A stretch of 32,000 nt of DNA from Marinicellulosiphila megalodicopiae (GTDB lineage Bacteria; Pseudomonadota; Gammaproteobacteria; Pseudomonadales; Natronospirillaceae): contig NZ_AP023087.1 of NCBI RefSeq assembly GCF_045862395.1, forward strand, positions 196,744-228,743. The letters run 5' to 3'. Numbering within the stretch: the stretch's first letter is position 1; every line of letters begins with the position of its first letter. Below are positions 1-8,335 of the stretch, one piece after another. The notes under the pieces are model-generated. The model did no database searches and was not told the origin of the DNA. It saw only the letters and a list, made by a program, of their open reading frames with translations. A program made the translations under genes and the position numbers.

Positions 1-1373
1 TCGGCACCAATGCCGTATGTGGACAATTGATCGTGATTAAATTGTTTAACTTTTTGATTGTTAGAACCCATCAATACATCAATTAAATGACTCGCACCAA
101 AACGTTGTTCGGTTCGATACACAGTGGATAACGCTTTTTGTGCCGCAATGCTGGCATCCCATGTTTTAACAGGCGTGATGCAGTTGTCGCAATTTTTACA
201 ATTGGTCTCAAGGCGCGCTTCATTAAAATAATTTAATAAATTAATGCGTCGGCAATCCACCGATTCACATAACGCTAACATCGCGTTTAATTTATTTTGC
301 TCTGCGCGTTTAAAATTTTCTTGGCCTTGAGATTGTGCCAACATCTGTTGTAAAAATACAACGTCTTGCAACCCATAAATTAACCAAGCCTCTGAGGGTA
401 ATCCGTCACGTCCTGCGCGTCCTGTTTCTTGATAATACGATTCAATGGATTTGGGTAAATCAATATGTGCCACAAAACGCACATCAGGTTTGTCAATGCC
501 CATACCAAACGCAATGGTTGCTACCATAATAATCCCTTCTTCTCGCAAAAATCTTGCTTGATGGGTTTGGCGTAATGGTGCAGGTAAACCTGCGTGATAA
601 GGCAACGCATTTAAGCCTTGCTGATTTAAATATTCCGCAAAGTCTTCAACGCGTTTGCGCGACAAACAATACACAATGCCACTGTTATTTAAATGCTTGC
701 TTTGAATAAAATTTAATAATTGTTTTTTAGCATTGGTTTTTTGGGTGATCGTATATTTAATATTCGGTCGATCAAAACTCGACACAAACTGCTGTGCATC
801 ATGTAACTGCAAGCGATCAATAATTTCTTGTTTGGTGCGCGCATCCGCCGTTGCCGTTAATGCAATGCGTGGTACGTTGGGAAAGTTTTCATGTAATAAC
901 GTGACACTTAAATAGTCTTTACGAAAGTCATGACCCCATTGCGACACACAATGCGCTTCATCAATGGCAAAAATAGAAATTTGCACCTGTTGTAATAAAT
1001 CAAACGTACGTTGCTGCGTTAAACGCTCTGGTGCAATATACAAAAAATCCACAATACCTTGGCGGAGCTCTTGTTCAATTTCATAAACTTGTTGTGCACT
1101 TAATGTTGAGTTTAAAAAACGAGCGTTTAAACCCAACTGCGCCAACGCATCGACCTGATCTTGCATCAGTGCAATCAAAGGCGAAATCACCACACCCACA
1201 CCAGGCCTTGCTAACGCAGGAATCTGATAACACAACGACTTGCCGCCGCCAGTAGGCATTAAGACCAATACATCTTCACCTGCAATGGCGTGTTCAATAA
1301 TGGCTTTTTGCTGATTACGAAATTCAGGATAACCGAAAGTGTTGTTGAGAATGTCTAGGGCTGTTTGATTCAT
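1..1373 (-). CDS. recQ: ATP-dependent DNA helicase RecQ (N-terminal ~457 codons; 3' end runs off the window)
   Basis: Absent from the ORF track because it is open to the window edge. Reverse complement from ATG 1373..1371 reads MNQTALDILNNTFGYPEFRNQQKAIIEHAIAGEDVLVLMPTGGGKSLCYQIPALARPGVGVVISPLIALMQDQVDALAQLG (motif 0, Walker A PTGGGKS). The rc of 921-974 gives IFAIDEAHCVSQWGHDFR (DEAH box). The rc of 1-59 is still in frame (..NHDQLSTYGIGA). Confidence 0.9.
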   Translation of the reverse strand, partial: MNQTALDILNNTFGYPEFRNQQKAIIEHAIAGEDVLVLMPTGGGKSLCYQIPALARPGVGVVISPLIALMQDQVDALAQLGLNARFLNSTLSAQQVYEIEQELRQGIVDFLYIAPERLTQQRTFDLLQQVQISIFAIDEAHCVSQWGHDFRKDYLSVTLLHENFPNVPRIALTATADARTKQEIIDRLQLHDAQQFVSSFDRPNIKYTITQKTNAKKQLLNFIQSKHLNNSGIVYCLSRKRVEDFAEYLNQQGLNALPYHAGLPAPLRQTHQARFLREEGIIMVATIAFGMGIDKPDVRFVAHIDLPKSIESYYQETGRAGRDGLPSEAWLIYGLQDVVFLQQMLAQSQGQENFKRAEQNKLNAMLALCESVDCRRINLLNYFNEARLETNCKNCDNCITPVKTWDASIAAQKALSTVYRTEQRFGASHLIDVLMGSNNQKVKQFNHDQLSTYGIGA

Positions 1374-1531
1374 TGTGTTTAAAAAATATTCAATAGCAAA
1401 ATAGATAGGTAGTTTAAACCAAAATGGATTGGTTCGCTTTGATTGTTTTATGGGTAGGGGGCATTATGGATAGATAGACCTATTTGGAATTGGAATGTAT
1501 AGTTGTTGCTTTAATTTATAAAATACTAGAT

Positions 1532-1909
1532 ATGAAAATTAAATGTTGTGGAAAAATACTAATTCCTAAAATAAACATTAAGGCAAGTGTGCTGGATTTT
1601 ATAGGGCTTAGTTTCTTTCTTTCATTCTTTTTGTCGATACTGTGGTTTGTATTGTATCTAGCTACCTTATCTTTTCTCGAAGAATTATCTAACGGTACTT
1701 TATTTGAGCCAATAGAAGCATTTGGTTTTGAGCTTAGAAATACTCCATTTATATTTTTTGCTTTATTCGTTACTTATAAGTTATTGCCAAAATTTTTACA
1801 TGCTTGTAGTTTTTTTATTAATTACCGAATTAAGATTTTTAACAAATGTCGAGTGTGCCAAGTTAAGAGCATCATACTTGATCTACCAACCGATAAAGAA
1901 CCATTTTAG
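1532..1909 (+). CDS. hypothetical small membrane protein (weak call)
   Basis: ORF-track frame 1484..1909 trimmed to the first ATG (MKIKCCGKILIP...). Two long hydrophobic stretches (GLSFFLSFFLSILWFVLYLATLSFL; TPFIFFALFVTYKLL), Cys pairs at both ends (CCGK, CRVC). Same strand as the HD-domain gene and 31 nt upstream of it. Very AT-rich, no clear SD. Confidence 0.3.
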   Translation: MKIKCCGKILIPKINIKASVLDFIGLSFFLSFFLSILWFVLYLATLSFLEELSNGTLFEPIEAFGFELRNTPFIFFALFVTYKLLPKFLHACSFFINYRIKIFNKCRVCQVKSIILDLPTDKEPF

Positions 1910-1940
1910 TTAATTTTTTATTAAAAAAGGTGAAGTAAAA

Positions 1941-2429
1941 ATGGGAAATAAAGCTAGAGAATTTGCATTAAAGGCCCATGGAGATCAAAAATATGGAACG
2001 TTTCCCTATTCAGTACATTTAGACGAAGTTGCCAGTATTGCAAAATCCTATGGTAAAACCGCTGAGGCCGTCGCTTTTTTACATGATGTCATTGAAGATA
2101 CTGATATTACTGCTAAAGAAATTGAACAGGAATTTGGTTGTTTTATTTCTAGGTGCGTTCAAATATTAAGTGATGAGCCCGGCGATACACGAACAATAAG
2201 AAAAGCCGCTACTTATAAAAAGATGGGAAATGTTAAAGGCGATGAGTCACTGGCATTACTGGTTAAAGCGGCAGATCGGTTAGCTAATATGAGAGCTTGT
2301 ATTAGAGAGGGTAATGAAAAATATCTCACTATTTATAAATCGGAATATGATGTATTTAGAAAGTCTGCATATCGCTTCGATCTTTGTGAAGAAATATGGG
2401 CTGAGTTAGAATCAATTCAACATGCTTAA
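1941..2429 (+). CDS. HD-domain (p)ppGpp hydrolase-like protein (RelA/SpoT-type small alarmone hydrolase family)
   Basis: 162 aa. AHGDQKYG..PYSVHL and FLHDVIEDT match the RelA/SpoT hydrolase HD signature. No synthetase domain. SD AAGGTGA upstream of the ATG. Confidence 0.75.
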   Translation: MGNKAREFALKAHGDQKYGTFPYSVHLDEVASIAKSYGKTAEAVAFLHDVIEDTDITAKEIEQEFGCFISRCVQILSDEPGDTRTIRKAATYKKMGNVKGDESLALLVKAADRLANMRACIREGNEKYLTIYKSEYDVFRKSAYRFDLCEEIWAELESIQHA

Positions 2430-2672
2430 TTACTGATAGATAATTAGTTTAAACGTAGGTATGCCTTTGCTTACAGGGATGTAGGTATGTCGAATTTGAC
2501 CGGATCAAAATTCGTAAGGCTGTCAGTCTAACTTATGTCGATAGTCTGGCTGATTTTTATTCATTAAAAATTGGATTTTATGTTTCTGACTAATATTTTA
2601 TTCAATATATAAAACACAAGCTAAACTGAATCATGATGTGTAAAAAAACTATTTTTGATGAGGGAATGATAG

Positions 2673-3131
2673 ATGAGATTATCCGAACGCCAAGTCGGTA
2701 TGATTCAAGACAGTTTTAAAAAAGTATTGCCAATTTCTGATGCGGCGGCTCAAATATTTTACGATAAGTTGTTTGAGTATGATGCTGATTTACAAAGACT
2801 GTTTAAGCAAAATATGGGAGACCAGGGTAAGAAGTTGATGCAAACACTGGCCGTGGCAATTGGTGCATTAAAGGATTTAGACAAGCTTGTACCCGTATTA
2901 CAAAATCTTGCTGTAAAGCATTTGGATTATGGTGTGAAAGTGGAAGATTATACACCTGTGGGAAATGCTTTACTTTTCACTTTAGAAAAAGGTCTTGGAA
3001 ATAGTTTTACTCAAGAGTTGAAACAGGCTTGGATTGTTTTGCTAAAAGTGGTGTTTAATGTCATGCGGCAGGCTGCTTATCCCGATTTTGATCCAATCAC
3101 TTATAAAAATATAAAGCGTTATAATATTTAA
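2673..3131 (+). CDS. single-domain globin (sensor-globin/protoglobin-type haem protein)
   Basis: 152 aa. IQDSFKKVLPISDAAAQIFYDKLFEYDADLQRLFK and the proximal-His context LAVKHLDYGVKVEDYTPVGNALL align by eye with bacterial single-domain globins. SD GAGGGAA upstream. Confidence 0.75.
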   Translation: MRLSERQVGMIQDSFKKVLPISDAAAQIFYDKLFEYDADLQRLFKQNMGDQGKKLMQTLAVAIGALKDLDKLVPVLQNLAVKHLDYGVKVEDYTPVGNALLFTLEKGLGNSFTQELKQAWIVLLKVVFNVMRQAAYPDFDPITYKNIKRYNI

Positions 3132-3376
3132 TATCACTGATCGTTAACCATCTTGGATTAAAAATATCCACTAGAAAATAAGAATATTTGTAGGAAAGAA
3201 ATTAATCCCGATGACATCAGTGTTAGAAAGAATGTTAGAAACAGTTAGTTTTATTTAGGCCAAAGAAGCGAAAAACCAACCGTTAGCTGTTTTTGGGCTT
3301 TGTATTTTAAATCGAAATGTTAATAAAAATTATCCCACTTACCAAAAGAATCAATTAAAAACTTGCGCATTCACTT

Positions 3377-3404
3377 TTGGTGTATCATTATATTAATACA
3401 CCAA
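3377..3404. promoter_or_regulatory. inverted repeat TTGGTGTAT-N10-ATACACCAA, candidate GntR/YtrA operator
   Basis: Perfect 9-bp arms (3377-3385 / 3396-3404) ending 9 nt before the GntR-family ORF. It contains the GT..AC core typical of GntR-family operators. Confidence 0.45.
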
Positions 3405-3412
3405 TATAGCTG

Positions 3413-3817
3413 ATGCTTATGACCCAACGAAATTTTATCCACTTGCTTTGTATTAACACAAGTACTGGCATACCTATTTATCGTCAATTAATCGATCAAA
3501 TAAAACAAGCCATTGCCATGCAGTTAATTGCTGAAGGGCAAACGTTACCTTCAGTTAGAAATATTGCAACAAGTTTACAAATTAATCCTATGACAATTTC
3601 TAAAGCATACAGTCAGCTTGAATTGGAAGGCATACTTATTCGTAAGCCAGGCATTGGGATGATTATCGCTAAACCTCAAGCAACCACGGCTATTCCAGTT
3701 GATATTAAAAAGTGTATTACTAAATTAGTAAAGCTATGTGATACGCACAGGCTCGATCCTGAAGTAGTACAAAGTTTAATTCAGCAGTCATTTTCAATTT
3801 ACAATAAGGAAAAATAA
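3413..3817 (+). CDS. GntR-family (YtrA-like) transcriptional regulator
   Basis: Winged-helix region IPIYRQLIDQIKQAI....LPSVRNIATSLQINPMTISKAYSQLELEGILIRKPGIGMII. Short (~130 aa) C-terminal part and an ABC ATPase gene 2 nt downstream, as in YtrA-type modules. Start could be 3413 or 3419. Confidence 0.8.
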   Translation: MLMTQRNFIHLLCINTSTGIPIYRQLIDQIKQAIAMQLIAEGQTLPSVRNIATSLQINPMTISKAYSQLELEGILIRKPGIGMIIAKPQATTAIPVDIKKCITKLVKLCDTHRLDPEVVQSLIQQSFSIYNKEK

Positions 3818-3819
3818 AT

Positions 3820-4692
3820 ATGACATCTATTGTTGAAATTCATAATTTAAGCAAAACCTATGATGGCAATTTAATATTAGATAATTTAAATCTCACAATC
3901 GAACAAGGGCAAATAATTGGTTTACTTGGTCGTAATGGCGCTGGTAAAACCACGTTAATAGAATCAATCATGGGGTTAAAGGATTTAAAAAAAAATTGCA
4001 TTCATATATGGCAGCAACCCATAAACGAGTTAAAAAAATCCCAGCTTCAATCCATTGCATTTGTTCCGCAAAATCAAGAATTATTTGAATGGATGAAAGT
4101 AAACGAATATTTTGATTATTTTTCAGTATTTTTTGAAAAGTGGGACAACCTTTATGCGCAGCAATTATTAAATCGTTGGAATCTCAATTCTACGAAAAAA
4201 ATATCAGAATTGTCTGGTGGGCAAAAACAAATACTTCAAATTGTTCAAGCATTATCGGTTAAACCTAAGCTTTTAATATTGGATGAGCCTGTCGTAAATT
4301 TAGACCCCAATATGCGACGAGAATTTCTTAAGGAAATTGTTGATTTGTCCTGTGAGAGCAACATTACAGTATTATTTTCAACTCATATTATTTCGGATGT
4401 TGAACGCATTGCAAGCCATATTGCTTTATTAAATAATGGTAAAATAGAAATATTTGACGCAGTAGAAACTATTCAAACTCATGCCGCTTCAGTGGTTATA
4501 CAAGGTACAATCACCAATAAAGAACAATATAACCATCTCACGCAGTGGGAGGATTTTGACCAAGGCCATAAAGCCGTAATGACCCAAAAAGGCAATCATT
4601 CAATCAGTCAAATTGAATGTGAAAATAATGTCACGATTCAATCTATACCTATGTCATTAGAAGATTGGTATTTGGAGGTTACACGTGCATAA
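3820..4692 (+). CDS. ABC transporter ATP-binding protein
   Basis: Walker A GRNGAGKTT, signature LSGGQKQ, Walker B LLILDEP, H-loop STHI. SD AAGGAAA upstream. Confidence 0.9.
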   Translation: MTSIVEIHNLSKTYDGNLILDNLNLTIEQGQIIGLLGRNGAGKTTLIESIMGLKDLKKNCIHIWQQPINELKKSQLQSIAFVPQNQELFEWMKVNEYFDYFSVFFEKWDNLYAQQLLNRWNLNSTKKISELSGGQKQILQIVQALSVKPKLLILDEPVVNLDPNMRREFLKEIVDLSCESNITVLFSTHIISDVERIASHIALLNNGKIEIFDAVETIQTHAASVVIQGTITNKEQYNHLTQWEDFDQGHKAVMTQKGNHSISQIECENNVTIQSIPMSLEDWYLEVTRA

Positions 4693-5950
4693 ATTTTTAA
4701 ATATATTAATAGCGAATATAAAGCTTTCAAAAAATTTATTAATTATTTGGATTTTAAGCATCGTTATTATCAACGGATTGTTGTTTGTTATTAATGCGTT
4801 TGTGTCATCTGATTTAGATTTAAATGTATACGCTATATATTTTGTAACCACTATTGTCATTGCTGTCGGATTTTTTTTGAATTTTTCTATTTTGAAAAAT
4901 AATCATTTTTATTCTGTTTTTTTTGAATATCGTTTATATCTGATATTAACTAGTCTTGCGATATTAACTTTTATTAGTTTTGTATCGGTAATAGGTATGG
5001 CGTTACTTGGTTATAGGGTTTGGTTGCATTTTCTCACACTTTTTATCGTTCTTAATAGCTTGATGCTATATTGTGCTATATTAAAAAAATTCACTATTGT
5101 GAGTAGTTTGGTAGCACTTTTTCCGGTGCTTGTTTTTTTTGATGATGTGTTTGATTTAAATAAAATTATTTTATTAACTTTTCTTGGGTTATTTCAAATA
5201 ATATTTGCATTTTTGTTAAACTATATCGAATCTAAGTATTCATTGAATGTATTTAAAGTCATTACCACATACATAAAATTAAATGTTGAATCCTTAATGT
5301 TTTTAATTGGAAGAAATATTAGATTGACCACATTTTTTAATAAATTAGATTTATATTTACATGTGTTTGTTTATTTGTTTTTTCTATTATTTTTGTTTCT
5401 AATATTTTCTAAAAGTGAAAATGATATCACTTACGAATTAATTGTATTGAGTTTTTTTGTCTTATTCATTCTAAGCTTAATTTCAATTCATCAAAAAACA
5501 CTTATGTTTATTAAATATTTAAAACCTGTGTACCACCTTTATCCTAATAGTAGCTTAAGTCATTCTATTATTAAGTATTTAAAAGTTAATATTATGGTGA
5601 ACATTCTAATTATTATTACTTTAGTGATGATTTTTGTCATTAGTTTTGATTTAGTTATCGATTATGAATTTTATTTTTCTGTGATGATTTTTAATCTAAC
5701 CTTCTTCGTTGGGCTGCTTCCTCTTTTGTTATTTCATAATCACACTAATAGCAGTATCTTATCATTTATATTTGTTATGTTTATTTTTTCGCTGATAGTT
5801 TCCATTAATGTTGGGTTTTATTATTTTGAATTTTCTGCTGTTTTGTATCTATTGCTAATTGCTTGTATCGTATCTTTTTTTGTGACTTACAATGTTGGGC
5901 TGAAATGGTATTTATCTGTTAGCAAAGAAAGGATGTTAAAAAATTCATAA
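4685..5950 (+). CDS. polytopic integral membrane protein, presumed permease partner of the ABC ATPase
   Basis: GTG start at 4685 preceded by GGAGG (4674-4678); overlaps the ATPase stop by 8 nt. 421 aa that is almost entirely hydrophobic segments (about 10 or more TM by eye). Extremely AT-rich; no recognisable family motif. Confidence 0.65.
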   Translation: MHKFLNILIANIKLSKNLLIIWILSIVIINGLLFVINAFVSSDLDLNVYAIYFVTTIVIAVGFFLNFSILKNNHFYSVFFEYRLYLILTSLAILTFISFVSVIGMALLGYRVWLHFLTLFIVLNSLMLYCAILKKFTIVSSLVALFPVLVFFDDVFDLNKIILLTFLGLFQIIFAFLLNYIESKYSLNVFKVITTYIKLNVESLMFLIGRNIRLTTFFNKLDLYLHVFVYLFFLLFLFLIFSKSENDITYELIVLSFFVLFILSLISIHQKTLMFIKYLKPVYHLYPNSSLSHSIIKYLKVNIMVNILIIITLVMIFVISFDLVIDYEFYFSVMIFNLTFFVGLLPLLLFHNHTNSSILSFIFVMFIFSLIVSINVGFYYFEFSAVLYLLLIACIVSFFVTYNVGLKWYLSVSKERMLKNS

Positions 5951-6010
5951 TAAATGGAAAACTAAATGGATTTAAAAACTTATTGTCAATAATAATGGTT
6001 GTATAAAAAT

Positions 6011-6040
6011 AAAAAACGCGCAATTAAGCGCGTTTTAATT
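6011..6040. terminator. bidirectional rho-independent terminator between convergent genes
   Basis: AAAACGCGC-aattaa-GCGCGTTTT (9-bp stem 6013-6021 / 6028-6036), flanked by an A-run on the left and a T-run on the right. Lies between the permease stop (5950) and the phoX stop (6055). Confidence 0.8.
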
Positions 6041-6054
6041 ATAAGAATAAAACC

Positions 6055-8091
6055 TTATTCTCCAATTTTTCCGCCATCATCTTTACGGATCACAACGGTG
6101 GATGATCTTGCCAAAACAGTATTTCCAGGCGCACTTGTGGCATCTGTATTTTCTGGATTTGGCCAGTTACCTGGGTGCTGAATATTCACAAACATCGTTG
6201 TGTTATCTGGTGACATTGCAATACCTGTTACCTCACAACCATTAGGCCCTACAAAAAAACGTTTTAAATTTGTTTGATTGTCAGCATTTATGTTTTGCAT
6301 TTTTCCATCTTCATCTACTAAGGCAGATGGAATGACTGCTAACATTTGGTCATTGGTATAACTGGTTACTTCGCCTGCACTGTTATCGGTTTGCACCCAT
6401 AAAATTCCACGAGCATCAAATGCCAAACCATCTGGGCTTGCAAATTGATTCAGTGCTGACAAATCAGAAATATTGTAATCACTTGTTTCAGGGCTGCCGA
6501 ATACAAAAATATCCCATGAAAAATCAACTTGGTTTTCACTTTCGTCCCAACGAATAATATGGCCAAATTTATTATCTAAACGCGGGTTTGCGTAGTTAGT
6601 TCCAACATCTAATGTGCGTCTTGTGTTATTTGTCATTGTCATATAAACAGTACCTGTTACTGGATCAACTGCGCCCCACTCTGGACGATCCATTGGAGTA
6701 GCACCTAATAAATCTGCTGCGCCTGCTGTGTTTAAAATGATTTTTGCCAAACTTGCAAATGAATCTGATAATAGATTGCCGTTTTTATCGATGCTGGCTA
6801 ATTCAAGTGCCAGCCATTTTGCATGTCCATTAATATTAAATTGAGCAACATACAGCGTCCCTTCGTCCATATATGATGCACCAGTAGCTAAACGGTCTGT
6901 TGGGTCGGCATCTGCGGCACTCCAGTTTTTTGCTGAAACAAATTTATAGACATATTCAAAACGAGAGTCGTGTCCAGAATAAAATACAACCGGTTTGCCT
7001 TCTGTTAATTTTCCAAAGGTGCAACCTTCATGTCTAAAACGACCAAGGGCGGTTCTTTTTTGTCCACGAGAATTTGGATTATACGGATCAATTTCTACAA
7101 TATATCCGTGTCCATTTACTTCATTACGGTAGTCATCATTTGCAGTTGCGCCAATTGTTGATCCATCAAAACGGGTGAATTCATCTTGTAATTCACCTGC
7201 TAACCCTGCTGCAAATTCCCAGCCGTAACGTGTTTCATCATTAGCTATTCCTATACGATCATCTGCTGTATTTCGGCCGCTTGTTTTAACAAAATAACCG
7301 GGCCAGTTTTCTTCACAAGTTAAATACGTGCCCCAAGGTGTCGTGCCGTTACCGCAGTTATTAAATGTGCCGCGAGCAATAGCTTGCCCTTGTGAAAATT
7401 TTGTTCTTAATAATTCTGCAGTAACAGGACCCGTTACATCAAATTCAGTTAAACCTGTAAAGCGACGATTGTGCTCATCATTTTTTACAACATTCCATTT
7501 TCCGTCCATTAACTTCACACGAACAACCGATACGCCATGCGCGTTTATTTCTAAGCGAGTTGCATCAACATACTCTGCAATTTCTGTTACTAATGGTTTT
7601 TCGCCAGTGGTTTGGTTTGCATATAATGCGTCGACATTTAAATATTCATGATTGATGCATAAAATGCCATCGGTTGATGAATCATTTAAAGGAAAAAAAT
7701 GCATGCCGTCGTGGTTTTGACCCATTGCATTTTCTTGATCAAGTGCGCTCATTTGATTGTTAGCATCAAACACTGAAGCATTATCATTTAATGCTTCTCC
7801 CCAAGGGGCTAATACTTGCGCGCTGTATCCTTGTGGAACCACAACGGCATCTGTTTTTGAGCCAGCAATGGATTCAAATCCTAATTTTAATGATGCGTTT
7901 TCTTCTGGTGTTTGTTCGTCATCGTCTTTACTTGCGCAAGAAGCCAGTCCTAATCCTAGTGCTGACATGCCACCCATAGCGGCGCCACCTTTTAAAACTT
8001 TACGGCGATTCACATGGGTTTCTAAAACTTTTGCAAATTCTGTATTACCGCTTTTATTATAAATTGTAGGGTCAAATGTTTCTTTACTCAT
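6055..8091 (-). CDS. phoX: PhoX-family alkaline phosphatase, Tat-exported (possibly lipidated)
   Basis: ORF 6055..8145 trimmed to ATG 8091 (MSKETF...), which has GGAG 8 nt upstream. Twin-arginine signal NRRKVLKGGAAMGG followed by LASC (lipobox-like). Large beta-propeller-type body with GTTPWGTYLTCEEN, RFRHEG and PDGLAFD motifs typical of PhoX/DUF839. Confidence 0.85.
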   Translation of the reverse strand: MSKETFDPTIYNKSGNTEFAKVLETHVNRRKVLKGGAAMGGMSALGLGLASCASKDDDEQTPEENASLKLGFESIAGSKTDAVVVPQGYSAQVLAPWGEALNDNASVFDANNQMSALDQENAMGQNHDGMHFFPLNDSSTDGILCINHEYLNVDALYANQTTGEKPLVTEIAEYVDATRLEINAHGVSVVRVKLMDGKWNVVKNDEHNRRFTGLTEFDVTGPVTAELLRTKFSQGQAIARGTFNNCGNGTTPWGTYLTCEENWPGYFVKTSGRNTADDRIGIANDETRYGWEFAAGLAGELQDEFTRFDGSTIGATANDDYRNEVNGHGYIVEIDPYNPNSRGQKRTALGRFRHEGCTFGKLTEGKPVVFYSGHDSRFEYVYKFVSAKNWSAADADPTDRLATGASYMDEGTLYVAQFNINGHAKWLALELASIDKNGNLLSDSFASLAKIILNTAGAADLLGATPMDRPEWGAVDPVTGTVYMTMTNNTRRTLDVGTNYANPRLDNKFGHIIRWDESENQVDFSWDIFVFGSPETSDYNISDLSALNQFASPDGLAFDARGILWVQTDNSAGEVTSYTNDQMLAVIPSALVDEDGKMQNINADNQTNLKRFFVGPNGCEVTGIAMSPDNTTMFVNIQHPGNWPNPENTDATSAPGNTVLARSSTVVIRKDDGGKIGE

Positions 8092-8159
8092 GTTGTCACT
8101 CCGAATTTTGATTAAGATATTGGGCGAATAATTATCGTGGGACAAACTAAATTTTTAGT

Positions 8160-8177
8160 ATGACAAACATGTGACAC
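8160..8177 (-). promoter_or_regulatory. Pho box (PhoB-binding site) upstream of phoX
   Basis: Minus-strand reading is GTGTCAC-ATGT-TTGTCAT: two TGTCA half-sites with 11-bp periodicity, 14/18 matches to CTGTCATA(A/T)A(T/A)CTGT(C/A)A(C/T). It sits 68 nt upstream of the phoX ATG. A third in-phase TGTCC lies 21 nt further downstream. Confidence 0.6.
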
Positions 8178-8290
8178 TAATATGTGATTTATATGAATAT
8201 TTGTATTCAGAATTATTAGACATTAAATATAAAATGAAGGTATCCATTTTTAGTGCTACAAAATTTTATCACACTGTGTTTTACATCCAT

Positions 8291-8312
8291 AAAAAAAGGG
8301 AGCAATGCTCCC
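8291..8312 (-). terminator. rho-independent terminator of ldh
   Basis: Minus strand reads GGGAGCAtTGCTCCC followed by TTTTTTT, 24 nt after the ldh stop. Confidence 0.75.
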
Positions 8313-8335
8313 TAAAGATAGTTCTAAGTTTTATA

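Noticed and set aside
335-1255. Plus-strand ORFs 335..529, 733..915 and 1031..1255
   Set aside because: They are antisense to the recQ coding frame, which shows unambiguous helicase motifs.
1484-1531. TTG-initiated 141-aa version of the small membrane ORF, and the alternative-frame ORF 1722..1913
   Set aside because: Nothing supports the TTG start. I kept only the ATG-initiated version, at low confidence. The overlapping frame is a composition artefact of the AT-rich DNA.
5999-6181. 60-aa plus-strand ORF spanning the terminator and the phoX 3' end
   Set aside because: It overlaps a strong bidirectional terminator hairpin and the antisense of phoX, so it is not credible as a gene.
7328-8062. 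Plus-strand ORFs 7328..7651, 7757..8062 and 7791..7979
   Set aside because: They are antisense shadow ORFs inside the well-supported phoX coding region, with low-complexity or odd composition and no RBS.
8092-8145. N-terminal 18-codon extension of the phoX ORF (MSHDNYSPNILIKIRSDN)
   Set aside because: The internal ATG at 8091 has a GGAG Shine-Dalgarno 8 nt upstream and yields a sensible Tat signal. The longer form has no RBS.
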